Assembly: GCA_965233135.1 (NCBI GenBank)
Contig: CBDDRM010000111.1
Location: 5,602-69,601 of the forward strand
DNA from: an uncultured bacterium
GTDB lineage: Bacteria; Pseudomonadota; Gammaproteobacteria; Burkholderiales; JACQAP01
Direction: 5' to 3'
Length of the DNA: 64,000 nt
Under the pieces are notes generated by a model, which did not search any database, was not told where the DNA came from, and saw only the letters and a list, made by a program, of their open reading frames with translations. Of this stretch, positions 31,527-40,163 are shown piece by piece. The translations under genes and the position numbers were made by a program. How positions within the stretch are numbered: the first letter of the stretch is position 1; each line of letters starts with the position of its first letter.

Positions 31527-31880
31527 ATGAGGACACCGCCTGCCGCGTCCCACTCTTTGCCCGATGCGCTGGAGGACTTGCGCGAACGTCTACAGCGCTT
31601 CGCCGCCGAGCGCGACTGGCAGCAATTTCACACCCCGAAGAATCTTGCCATGTCGGTGGCCATCGAAGCCGCCGAACTCATGGAACATTTCCAGTGGGTG
31701 ACGGTCGAGCAAAGCATCGCCCTTGACGCCGGCAAGCGCCGCGAGGTCGCGCTGGAAATGGCCGACGTGCTGCTTTATCTGGTCCGCCTGGCCGACGTGC
31801 TGGACATCGATCTCGCCGCAGCGGCGCGCGACAAGATTGGCTTGAACGCCAGGAAGTATCCCGCAACGCACGGCTTATAA
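31527..31880 (+). CDS. MazG-like nucleotide pyrophosphohydrolase (small all-alpha NTP-PPase)
   Basis: ERDWQQFHTPKNLAMSVAIEAAELMEHFQW and EVALEMADVLLYLVRLAD (EExxE/D metal motifs). The ATG at 31527 is preceded by a strong SD, AAGGAGG. Confidence 0.8.
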   Translation: MRTPPAASHSLPDALEDLRERLQRFAAERDWQQFHTPKNLAMSVAIEAAELMEHFQWVTVEQSIALDAGKRREVALEMADVLLYLVRLADVLDIDLAAAARDKIGLNARKYPATHGL

Positions 31881-31910
31881 TCCATCATTGGGTCCAGACA
31901 GGATGTTTCC

Positions 31911-32219
31911 GTGAGCTATTACAAGCACCATGTGTTTTTCTGCTGCAATCAGCGCAAGAACGGCGAGACCTGCTGCGCCGATCACGACGCGCAGAAAATG
32001 CGCGATTACGCAAAATCAAAAATCAAGGAGCTTCATATGTCCGGCCGGGGCAAGGTGCGCATCAACCAGGCCGGCTGCCTGGATCGCTGCGAAGAAGGCC
32101 CGGTGATGGTGGTTTATCCCGAGGAGGTCTGGTACACCTATGTGGACAAGGACGACATCGACGAGATCATCGAGGAGCATCTGGTGAACGGGCGCGTTGT
32201 CGAGCGCCTGCGCATTTGA
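31911..32219 (+). CDS. Thioredoxin-like [2Fe-2S] ferredoxin domain protein
   Basis: 102 aa: HHVFFCCNQRKNGETCC...INQAGCLDRCEEGPVMVVYPEEVWY. This Cys pattern is typical of the thioredoxin-like 2Fe-2S ferredoxin family. Confidence 0.8.
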   Translation: MSYYKHHVFFCCNQRKNGETCCADHDAQKMRDYAKSKIKELHMSGRGKVRINQAGCLDRCEEGPVMVVYPEEVWYTYVDKDDIDEIIEEHLVNGRVVERLRI

Positions 32220-32827
32220 AGCCCGCAGCCGCGCAGAAGCTGTTCATCGACGGTCCGGCCGGAAAGCTGGAGATCGCCGTCAATGATTGTGGCGAAAGCC
32301 GCCGCGGCGTGGCGCTGGTGGCGCATCCGCATCCGCTGTACGGTGGCACGCTGGACAACAAGGTGGTGCAGACCCTGGCCAAAGCGTTCGTGCGCCTGGG
32401 CTATTGCGCGTTGCGCCTGAATTTCCGCGGCGTTGGCGCGAGCGAGGGCGTGTTCGACGAGGGTCGCGGCGAAGTCGAGGATTTCCTGGCGCTCGCGCGT
32501 TACGGCCAGCAATCGTACGGCACAGCGGAATTGGCAATCGGCGGGTTTTCGTTCGGCGGGTTCGTCGCCGCAAGCGCCGCCAGCCAGCTGGCTCCTCGCC
32601 ATCTGGTGCTGGCCGCGCCGGCAGTCGGGCGTTTTGCGGTCGGAGCCGTGGCAGCACACGCTCTGGTCATCCATGGCGAAGAAGACGACGTGGTGCCTTT
32701 GAAAGATGTGCTCGACTGGGCGCGGCCCCAAGCGCTGCCGGTGGTGGTGTTTCCGGGTGCCGGCCATTTTTTTCACGGGGCGCTGGTGAGCCTGCAGCGC
32801 GTCGTCGAGCAACACTGCCGCAATTGA
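32216..32827 (+). CDS. Alpha/beta hydrolase (COG2945-like)
   Basis: LVAHPHPLYGGTLDNKVV, the nucleophile elbow GFSFGG, and late GEEDDVV...GAGHFF. TTGA overlap with the ferredoxin stop. Confidence 0.75.
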   Translation: MKPAAAQKLFIDGPAGKLEIAVNDCGESRRGVALVAHPHPLYGGTLDNKVVQTLAKAFVRLGYCALRLNFRGVGASEGVFDEGRGEVEDFLALARYGQQSYGTAELAIGGFSFGGFVAASAASQLAPRHLVLAAPAVGRFAVGAVAAHALVIHGEEDDVVPLKDVLDWARPQALPVVVFPGAGHFFHGALVSLQRVVEQHCRN

Positions 32828-32874
32828 GTGCGCCGCCCATGGCAATCGCTGGCGCGCTGCCGACAGGATAGACG

Positions 32875-33288
32875 ATGCTCTGGATCAAGTCTTTCCACAT
32901 TATCTTCATGGTGACCTGGTTCGCGGGCCTGTTCTACCTGCCGCGCCTGTTCGTGTACCACGCGCTGGCTGAAGACGTCGTGAGCCAGGAGCGATTCAAG
33001 ATCATGGAACGCAAGCTGTTCTACGGCATCATGACCCCAGGTGCCGTGCTCACTATCGCATCGGGCCTTGGCTTATGGCTGGGATATGATTTCGAGGGCG
33101 GCTGGCTGCATGCCAAACTGGCGCTGGTGCTGGGGCTCGTGCTCTACCATGTTTACTGCGGCAAGTTGTTGGCCGACTTCAAGCGCAACCGGAATCGACA
33201 CGGCCATGTCTTCTATCGCTGGCTCAACGAATTGCCGGTCATTGCGCTGATCGCGATTGTGCTGCTGGTGGTTGTGAAGCCGTCCTGA
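32875..33288 (+). CDS. hemJ: Protoporphyrinogen IX oxidase HemJ (UPF0093/CopD-like)
   Basis: 137 aa: MLWIKSFHIIFMVTWFAGLFYLPRLFVYHA...ERKL..IM.P, the diagnostic HemJ N-terminus. Four TM helices. Confidence 0.85.
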   Translation: MLWIKSFHIIFMVTWFAGLFYLPRLFVYHALAEDVVSQERFKIMERKLFYGIMTPGAVLTIASGLGLWLGYDFEGGWLHAKLALVLGLVLYHVYCGKLLADFKRNRNRHGHVFYRWLNELPVIALIAIVLLVVVKPS

Positions 33289-33292
33289 CACC

Positions 33293-33676
33293 GTGAACCA
33301 GTCCCTGCGGTTGTTCATCGTCCTTGCACTGGTGGCTGCATGCACAGCGGGCGCTACGCCGCCGCCGGAGTCGCGGATCCTGGTTCAAAGCTCGCCGGTG
33401 GCGGGGTTCCAGTTTCATGAGGGCCGCCAGCTGTGGAATCGCTTGCAGGTCGGCGACGAACTGACCCTGGTGCGCGAACCGGACAATCCGCACGATCCCC
33501 GCGCTATCCGCGTCGAATGGCACGGTCATATGCTGGGCTACGTGCCGCGCGCCGAGAACGAAAGCGTGGCGCGTCAGCTTGATCGGGGCAACAAACTCGA
33601 AGCGCGCATTATCCGGCTGACAAAACACCGCGATCCATGGAAGCGCATCGAGTTCGAAGTTTTTCTGCGGATGTAG
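33293..33676 (+). CDS. HIRAN domain protein with a predicted lipoprotein signal peptide
   Basis: GTG start 4 nt after the hemJ stop. Signal plus lipobox LFIVLALVAAC. HIRAN-like core VAGFQFHEG...GDELTLVREPDNPHDPRAIRVEW.GHMLGYVPR. Confidence 0.7.
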   Translation: MNQSLRLFIVLALVAACTAGATPPPESRILVQSSPVAGFQFHEGRQLWNRLQVGDELTLVREPDNPHDPRAIRVEWHGHMLGYVPRAENESVARQLDRGNKLEARIIRLTKHRDPWKRIEFEVFLRM

Positions 33677-33728
33677 TGTTCGAAAAATCCAGCGCTGCGG
33701 CGCCGAGGCAGGAATCTGATTGCGACCC

Positions 33729-34922
33729 ATGAGCGAACGCACCACTCAAAGATTTTTCGCACCTTGTCCGCGTGGTCTCGAAGCCGTGCTCGCCGATGAA
33801 CTCTCCTCGCTGGACGCAGAGGCGATCGCCACGACCGACGGCGGGGTTGGGTTCGGCGGCTCCGTGGCGCTAGCCTATGCGGTCAATCTTCACAGTCGAA
33901 TCGCCAGCCGGGTATTGTGGCAAGTCGGTTCCGGCCGTTATCGGACGGAAGAAGATGTCTATCGGGGCGCCCACGCGCTCGACTGGCCGCAGTGGTTCGA
34001 CGCAAGTCGGACCATCCGCGTGAACGTGGCTGCGGTACGCAGTCCGCTCAACAGCCTCGACTTCATTACCTTGCGTATCAAGGACGCTGTGTGCGACCGG
34101 TTTCGAACGCAGACCGGCGTGCGGCCGAGCGTGGATACGGCGCAACCCGACGTGCGCATTCACGCCTTTCTCGAAACCGACCGGTTTACGCTCTACCTCG
34201 ATACATCGGGCGAACCGCTGTTCAAGCGCGGAGCGAGGCAAAGTGCAGGGGAGGCGCCGCTACGCGAGAATCTCGCCGCGGGCATCCTGAAACTCGCAGG
34301 CTGGACGCCGGATGTCCCGCTGCTTGATCCCATGTGCGGCAGCGGCACTTTTCTGATCGAAGCGATGCAGATTGCGCGCGCAATCGCGCCTGGCGCGCAC
34401 CGGACATTCGCCTTTGAGAAACTGCGCAACTTCGATGCCGCCACCTGGGAAACGCTCAAGGCCGCAGCCGCGGCGCGCTCTGCGCCAAATTTTTCGCCGG
34501 CAATCTTCGGCAGCGATCTATACGGGGACGCGCTCAAACGCGCGCGCGTGAATCTGGCCGAAGCGGGGTTTGCCGACGCGGTTGAGCTCAAACAGGCCAA
34601 CATGCTGGAGATTTCCGCCCCCGCCGTGCAAGGCGTGCTGGTCACCAATCCGCCATACGGTGTGCGCCTGGGCGAGCTCGACGAGTTGGCCGCGTTCTAT
34701 CCCAGGATGGGCGATGTGCTGAAAAAGAAATTCGCCGGCTGGCGTGCCTATGTGTTCACCGCCGACCTGCGTCTGCCCAAGCTGATCGGTCTGACCCCGT
34801 CCCGGCGCACACCGCTGTACAACGGCGCGCTGGAGTGCCGGCTCTATGAGTTCAAGATGGTCTCCGGCGCGATGCGGCGGGAGAAGAAAGGCGAGGGACT
34901 AGAGACTAGGGGCGAGGGATGA
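33729..34922 (+). CDS. THUMP domain-containing class I SAM-dependent RNA methyltransferase (RlmL N-terminal-half/COG0116 type)
   Basis: FFAPCPRGLEAVLADEL, then PLRENLAAGILKLAGW, DPMCGSGTFLIEA (SAM motif I) and the catalytic NPPYG. Confidence 0.85.
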   Translation: MSERTTQRFFAPCPRGLEAVLADELSSLDAEAIATTDGGVGFGGSVALAYAVNLHSRIASRVLWQVGSGRYRTEEDVYRGAHALDWPQWFDASRTIRVNVAAVRSPLNSLDFITLRIKDAVCDRFRTQTGVRPSVDTAQPDVRIHAFLETDRFTLYLDTSGEPLFKRGARQSAGEAPLRENLAAGILKLAGWTPDVPLLDPMCGSGTFLIEAMQIARAIAPGAHRTFAFEKLRNFDAATWETLKAAAAARSAPNFSPAIFGSDLYGDALKRARVNLAEAGFADAVELKQANMLEISAPAVQGVLVTNPPYGVRLGELDELAAFYPRMGDVLKKKFAGWRAYVFTADLRLPKLIGLTPSRRTPLYNGALECRLYEFKMVSGAMRREKKGEGLETRGEG

Positions 34923-35007
34923 GGGATGAGGATCGCGGGACAGTGAAAGAGTGCTTCGCTGTTTTGGACCTTTTTCCCCTCACCCCCCGATGCTCGTCCC
35001 TCGCCCC
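34909..35007. repeat. G-rich inverted repeat flanking the convergent methyltransferase/pilU junction
   Basis: GGGGCGAGGGA (34909..34919) is perfectly complementary to TCCCTCGCCCC (34997..35007). A further direct copy, GGCGAGGGA, lies at 34890..34898. GAGGGA/TCCCCTC-like half-copies lie inside. Confidence 0.6.
34940..34966 (+). terminator. Possible intrinsic terminator of the methyltransferase gene
   Basis: ACAGTGAA-agagtgc-TTCGCTGT followed by TTTTGG. This is an 8-bp stem including one G.U pair and is relatively AT-rich. Confidence 0.4.
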
Positions 35008-35016
35008 TGAATATCG

Positions 35017-36153
35017 TCAGACGATATTCAAATGGTCCACGCCGGAAGTCAGGTCGCGATCTCGCGTTTCCTTGCCGTGCAACTTGATCTGCAGGCGAAG
35101 CTCATTCATCGAATCGGCATTGCGCATGGCGTCTTCGTAGCTGATCTTGCCGCCTTCATACAGATCGAACAAGGCCTGGTCGAAGGTCTGCATGCCCATT
35201 TCGCGCGATTTCTTCATGATCTCCTTGATCTCATGTACTTCGCCCTTGAAGATCAGATCGGAGATCAGCGGCGAGTTCAGCAGGATTTCGATTGCCGCGG
35301 CGCGCCCTTTCGAGTCTTTCAGGGGGATAAGACGCTGGGACACCAGCCCCTTGAGGTTCAGCGATAAATCCATCAATAACTGGGCTTTGCGTTCCTCGGG
35401 GAAGAAATTGATGATGCGGTCCAGCGCCTGGTTGGCGCTGTTCGCGTGCAAAGTGCACATGCACAAGTGGCCGGTTTCGGCGAACGCGATCGCATGTTCC
35501 ATTGTTTCGCGCTCGCGCACTTCGCCGATCAGGATCACGTCCGGAGCCTGACGCAAGGTGTTTTTGAGCGCCGCCTCCCATGACTCGGTGTCGACGCCGA
35601 CTTCGCGCTGGGTGACCAGGCAATTCTTGTGGTCGTGCACGTACTCGATCGGATCTTCAATGGTGATGATATGGCCGTGGCTGTTCTCGTTGCGATAGCC
35701 GATCATGGCGGCTAGCGTTGTGGATTTGCCCGACCCGGTGCCGCCGACCATGATGACCAGACCGCGCTTGGTCATTGCCACATCCTTCAGGACCGGGGGC
35801 AAGCCGAGGTCGTCCATTTTTGGAATTGCGGTGGTGATGGTCCGCAGCACAATACCCACGCGGGCCTGTTGCACGAATGCGTTCACGCGAAAGCGCCCGA
35901 TGCCCGGCGGATTGATCGCGAAGTTGCATTCCCTGCTGGCCTCGAACTCCTGCGCCTGCTTGTCGTTCATCAGAGAGCGTGCGAGCTCCTGCGTGTGCTG
36001 GGGCGTCAGACTCTGGTTCGACACCGGTGTCATCTTGCCGTCGAGCTTGAATGCCGGCGGGAAACCAGCCGATATGAAGAGGTCGGACGCTTTTTTCGCC
36101 AGCATTGCGCGCAACAGCTCGTGGATGAATTTGACGGCCTGGTCTCGTTCCAT
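35017..36153 (-). CDS. pilU: Type IV pilus retraction-type ATPase PilU
   Basis: 378 aa: ASDLFISAGFPPAFKLDG, Walker A GGTGSGKST, GEVRERET, HLCMCTLHANSA. Downstream of pilT. Confidence 0.92.
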   Translation of the reverse strand: MERDQAVKFIHELLRAMLAKKASDLFISAGFPPAFKLDGKMTPVSNQSLTPQHTQELARSLMNDKQAQEFEASRECNFAINPPGIGRFRVNAFVQQARVGIVLRTITTAIPKMDDLGLPPVLKDVAMTKRGLVIMVGGTGSGKSTTLAAMIGYRNENSHGHIITIEDPIEYVHDHKNCLVTQREVGVDTESWEAALKNTLRQAPDVILIGEVRERETMEHAIAFAETGHLCMCTLHANSANQALDRIINFFPEERKAQLLMDLSLNLKGLVSQRLIPLKDSKGRAAAIEILLNSPLISDLIFKGEVHEIKEIMKKSREMGMQTFDQALFDLYEGGKISYEDAMRNADSMNELRLQIKLHGKETRDRDLTSGVDHLNIV

Positions 36154-36197
36154 CTGCTACTCCTAATAGTGTGCTGTGATGCTGCCGTCTTTGCCGG

Positions 36198-37238
36198 TCA
36201 GTTGAATGCGTCCTTGTTGGCGGCCTTGGAGCGTGCCTCGTCCTTGGTTATGACGTTGCGTTTGACAAGTTCGGTCAGATTCTGATCGAGGGTCTGCATG
36301 CCGAGCCCCTGGCCGGTCTGGATCGCCGAATACATCTGCGCAATCTTGGCTTCGCGGATCAGGTTGCGAATGGCCGGTGTGCCAATCATGATTTCGTGCG
36401 CCGCCGCGCGTCCCGTGCCGTCCTTGGTCTTGCAAAGTGTCTGCGAAATCACCGCGCGCAGCGACTCGGAGAGCATCGCCCGCACCATTTCCTTTTCCGC
36501 CGCCGGGAACACGTCGATGATCCGGTCAACGGTCTTCGCTGCAGAACTCGTGTGCAGAGTTCCAAAGACCAGGTGGCCGGTTTCGGCTGCCGTGAGCGCC
36601 AGTCGAATGGTCTCCAGGTCTCGCAACTCGCCCACCAGAATGATATCCGGATCTTCGCGCAGTGCGCTGCGCAGCGCATTGTTGAACGACAATGTGTGAG
36701 GGCCAACCTCGCGCTGGTTGATCAGGCACTTTTTGCTTTCATGCACGAATTCGATGGGATCTTCCACGGTGAGGATGTGGCCCATCTCGTTTTCGTTGAT
36801 ATCGTTGACCATGGCGGCGAGCGTGGTGGATTTGCCCGAGCCGGTCGGGCCGGTCACCAGCACCACCCCTCGAGGGTATTGCGCGATCTCCTTGAAAATG
36901 GCCGGCGCCTTGAGCTCTTCCAGGGTCAGGACCTTGGAGGGGATGGTCCGCATCACGGCGCCCGCGCCGCGGTTCTGCACGAATGCATTGACCCGGAAGC
37001 GGGCCAGATTCGGGATCGCGAACGAGAAATCGCATTCAAGATTCTCTTCGTAGAACTTGCGCTGCCCGTCGTTCATGATGTCATAGATCATGGCATGCAC
37101 ATCCTTGTGCTCCATTGGCGGCAGGTTAATGCGCCGAACATCGCCATGTACCCGGATCATTGGCGGCAATCCGGCCGATAGATGCAAGTCTGAAGCTTTG
37201 TTCTTGACGACAAAAGCGAGCAGTTCGGCGATGTCCAT
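36198..37238 (-). CDS. pilT: Type IV pilus twitching motility ATPase PilT
   Basis: 346 aa: ASDLHLSAGLPPMIRVHGD, Walker A GPTGSGKST, GELRDLET, HLVFGTLHTSSA and the AIRNLIRE motif. Confidence 0.95.
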   Translation of the reverse strand: MDIAELLAFVVKNKASDLHLSAGLPPMIRVHGDVRRINLPPMEHKDVHAMIYDIMNDGQRKFYEENLECDFSFAIPNLARFRVNAFVQNRGAGAVMRTIPSKVLTLEELKAPAIFKEIAQYPRGVVLVTGPTGSGKSTTLAAMVNDINENEMGHILTVEDPIEFVHESKKCLINQREVGPHTLSFNNALRSALREDPDIILVGELRDLETIRLALTAAETGHLVFGTLHTSSAAKTVDRIIDVFPAAEKEMVRAMLSESLRAVISQTLCKTKDGTGRAAAHEIMIGTPAIRNLIREAKIAQMYSAIQTGQGLGMQTLDQNLTELVKRNVITKDEARSKAANKDAFN

Positions 37239-37351
37239 TTTCTAGTTCTCCGACGACAGCGGGGTGGCGGGAAGGCGTGCAAGGCGGCTTCGGTGCAAAA
37301 CAAAAAAAGCTCGCTGCATTCGATGGTTACAAAGGATAATGAAAGAGGATT

Positions 37352-38047
37352 ATGACCACAATAGCGACTCGCTTGCAAGCCGTTCTGGGACGCATCGAGA
37401 CTGCCGCGCGCGCGGCGGGCCGAGCTCCACAAGCTATCCGGCTGATCGCCGTAAGCAAAACCTTTGCAGTGAGCGCTATCGCCGAGGCCCATGCGGCCGG
37501 GCAGGCCGCTTTCGGCGAAAACTATGTGCAGGAAGCGCTGAGCAAAGTCAGTGCCTTGGCCGGATTGGGACTCGAATGGCACTTTATTGGCCCGATCCAG
37601 AGCAACAAGACGCGGCAGATCGCCGAGCAGTTTCAATGGGTGCATGCAGTCGATCGCCTCAGAATCGCCGAGCGACTCTCACAAGCCCGTCCAGCCAGTC
37701 TGCCGCCGCTGGCGGTGTGCCTGCAAGTCAACATCAGCGCCGAACCGTCAAAGAGCGGCACCCACCCGGATGAAATTCTGACCTTGGCACAACACGTCAG
37801 CCGGTTGCCCGGGTTGCGACTGCGCGGGCTCATGGCGATCCCGGAACCCACAACGGATACTGAGCTTCTACGCAGGCGTTTCAGGCAGGTACGCGAATTG
37901 AAAGAGGAAATCATGCGCCACGGGATTGACGTGGACACTCTATCGATGGGCATGTCGGACGATCTGGAGCCCGCCATCGCCGAAGGCGCCACCTTGGTTC
38001 GCGTCGGCCGCGCCATATTCGGCGAGCGACCGCGGCCGGTAGGCTAA
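37352..38047 (+). CDS. yggS: YggS-family pyridoxal phosphate homeostasis protein
   Basis: 231 aa: LIAVSKT (PLP Lys), FGENYVQE, WHFIGPIQSNKT, LSMGMSDD. Confidence 0.9.
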   Translation: MTTIATRLQAVLGRIETAARAAGRAPQAIRLIAVSKTFAVSAIAEAHAAGQAAFGENYVQEALSKVSALAGLGLEWHFIGPIQSNKTRQIAEQFQWVHAVDRLRIAERLSQARPASLPPLAVCLQVNISAEPSKSGTHPDEILTLAQHVSRLPGLRLRGLMAIPEPTTDTELLRRRFRQVRELKEEIMRHGIDVDTLSMGMSDDLEPAIAEGATLVRVGRAIFGERPRPVG

Positions 38048-38171
38048 GGTACTTATTTGCCCGCGAAGGCGACGGGCCCCTATACTGGCCCGCCGGCGGG
38101 CGACAGCAACGTCTGCATTGCGCTACAGGCCGCGACGGGCAGAAACCTTACACTGAACAGGGGAGAAGTGA

Positions 38172-38711
38172 ATGAATGCCAGGAACTGGGTAATCGGAAC
38201 GGGGCTACTGATGGGATTGCCAGGACTGCTGTGGGCGGCCAAACCCGGCTATCTGCATGTCAACGAGAGCGTTGTCATCGAAGCGCCACCGGCTAAAGTC
38301 TGGAACCTCGTGAAAGATTGGAATGCCTTGCACAAATGGCATCCGGCATTCTCCAACACCGAGATCAGGTCCGGCACCAACAACAAGGTTGGTGCGGTCA
38401 GAACGCTCACCATGGCCGATGGCGGCGCGCAGTTCGACGAAGAACTCGACGAATTCAACAACAAGAAGCGCAAGTACAGCTATCGCATCATCACCGACTC
38501 TCCTCTGCCGGTGGCCGATTACTCTTCCACCATCCAGGTGCGCGCGGGAGAAACCAAGGGTAGTTCCAAGCTCGTCTGGAAAGGCAAGTTCAAGCGCAAG
38601 GTGGCCGACAATCCCCCTGCGGGGCAGGACGACGCCGGTGTCAAAAAGACCATCAGCGGGGCCTATCAGGCCGGGCTGCAAAACGTAAAAAAGATGGCCG
38701 AAAAGAAATAA
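38172..38711 (+). CDS. Secreted SRPBCC (START/Bet v1-like) superfamily protein
   Basis: Signal peptide GLLMGLPGLLWA|A, then VWNLVKDWNALHKWHPAF...YSYRII. This pattern is typical of polyketide_cyc2/MxaD-like SRPBCC proteins. Confidence 0.7.
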   Translation: MNARNWVIGTGLLMGLPGLLWAAKPGYLHVNESVVIEAPPAKVWNLVKDWNALHKWHPAFSNTEIRSGTNNKVGAVRTLTMADGGAQFDEELDEFNNKKRKYSYRIITDSPLPVADYSSTIQVRAGETKGSSKLVWKGKFKRKVADNPPAGQDDAGVKKTISGAYQAGLQNVKKMAEKK

Positions 38712-38742
38712 CGGCGCGACGTTGAGCGCCGCGCATCTTTTT
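38712..38742 (+). terminator. Possible intrinsic terminator after the SRPBCC gene
   Basis: CGGCGC-gacgttga-GCGCCG, then cgcaTCTTTTTC. A 6-bp GC stem. The T-run is offset by 5 nt. Confidence 0.35.
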
Positions 38743-38771
38743 CTGACGGCTGTGCCGCACCAATCGTAACC

Positions 38772-39587
38772 ATGCGCATACTTTTTCTGGGCGGCGGCAA
38801 TATGGCCACCGCGTTGATCGGCGGCTTGCTGCAGCGCGGACTGGCCTGCGGCGATGTGCGCGTCATCGACGTGGCGGAACCCGCGCGCCGTCTCGTACAA
38901 GGCAAGTTCGGCGTGAGCGCCATGGCTGCTCTCGACGCGCCGATCGTCGAGGATCTGGTCGTGCTGGCGGTCAAACCGCAGCATTTGCACGAAGCGGCCA
39001 AGAGCTTGCGCGCGTATTTGCGCGGCCAACTGGTCATCAGCATCGCCGCCGGAGTGCGCATCGCGGATCTGGCGCGCTGGCTGGGCGGGCATCAGCGCAT
39101 CGTGCGGGTGATGCCGAATACCCCGGCGCTGATCAGGCTGGGCATAAGCGGCATGTTCGCCCCCGCGCAGGTTGACCAGAACGACCGCGACCGCGCGCAA
39201 AATCTGCTAGACGGCGTCGGCGGCGTCGTTTGGGTGGACCGCGAGGAGCACATTGATGCCGTCACGGCGGTTTCCGGAAGCGGCCCTGCCTACGTCTATT
39301 ATTTCATCGAAGCCCTGGAACAGGCGGGCGCCGATCTGGGTTTGAGTGGCGCGCAGGCGCACGACCTTGCGGTTCAGACTTTCGTCGGCGCCTCACGCCT
39401 TGCGGCGGTGGGCCCGGATGCGCCACATGTCCTGCGAGCCCGCGTGACGTCGAAAGCTGGTACTACTGAAGCAGCACTGAAAGTCATGGAAGCGCACGAT
39501 GTCAAGCGCAGTATCGCGCAAGCCGTCCAGGCCGCCGCCCGGCGCTCCAGAGAGCTGGGTGAGGATTTCAGCAAGGATCAGTCTTAG
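38772..39587 (+). CDS. proC: Pyrroline-5-carboxylate reductase
   Basis: 271 aa: MRILFLGGGNMATALIGGLL (Rossmann), VMPNTPA, AVSGSGPAYVYYFIEAL, VTSKAGTTEAAL. Confidence 0.92.
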   Translation: MRILFLGGGNMATALIGGLLQRGLACGDVRVIDVAEPARRLVQGKFGVSAMAALDAPIVEDLVVLAVKPQHLHEAAKSLRAYLRGQLVISIAAGVRIADLARWLGGHQRIVRVMPNTPALIRLGISGMFAPAQVDQNDRDRAQNLLDGVGGVVWVDREEHIDAVTAVSGSGPAYVYYFIEALEQAGADLGLSGAQAHDLAVQTFVGASRLAAVGPDAPHVLRARVTSKAGTTEAALKVMEAHDVKRSIAQAVQAAARRSRELGEDFSKDQS

Positions 39588-39590
39588 CAT

Positions 39591-40163
39591 ATGAATCAGG
39601 TTCTGATATTTCTGCTGGAAACCTTTCTCGGGTTGTTTGCGCTGGCATTGCTGTTGCGTTTTTATCTGCAGGCCGTGCATGCTCCGGCGCGAAATCCGGT
39701 TTCGCAATTCCTGGCGGCGCTGACCGACTTCGTCGTGCGTCCAACGCGCAGACTGGTGCCCGGACTATGGGGGTATGACCTTTCGACATTGCTGCTCGCG
39801 TGGCTCACCGAACTGCTGCTGGTGGGAAGCGTGCTCGCGCTGAAGGGCTACCACCTGGGCCCGGGAGTCGGGACCGCCGTCGTAGGGTTCCTGCTGCTAG
39901 CCAGTCTGGCACTTCTGAAGCTGTTTATTTACATCGTCATGGTCGCCGTGTTTGCGCAGGCTATCCTGTCGTTCGTCGCGCCGCGCGGGCCTGCCATGTC
40001 CGTGCTTGCCAGTCTCACACGTCCTTTTCTGGGTATCTTCCAGCGTCGCATCTCGCCCATCGGCGGAGTCGATCTGTCGCCCCTGTTCGTGCTGGTAATC
40101 TGCCAGATCCTGCTGATGTGGCCGGTGGCGGCACTCGAGCAGACGATTGGTCGCATGCTGTGA
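39591..40163 (+). CDS. yggT: YggT family membrane protein
   Basis: 190 aa with two YGGT repeats (LLRFYLQ...NP..QF; ILSF...P). 3 nt after proC. Confidence 0.85.
   Translation: MNQVLIFLLETFLGLFALALLLRFYLQAVHAPARNPVSQFLAALTDFVVRPTRRLVPGLWGYDLSTLLLAWLTELLLVGSVLALKGYHLGPGVGTAVVGFLLLASLALLKLFIYIVMVAVFAQAILSFVAPRGPAMSVLASLTRPFLGIFQRRISPIGGVDLSPLFVLVICQILLMWPVAALEQTIGRML

Noticed and set aside
31527-31880. MazG-like gene as part of a toxin-antitoxin or phage-derived module
   Set aside because: No mazEF-like small ORF pair or phage genes are nearby. It heads a string of housekeeping-type genes.
38205-39200. 331-aa minus-strand ORF
   Set aside because: It is antisense to the SRPBCC gene and proC. 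It is Arg/His/Gly-rich and has no motifs.
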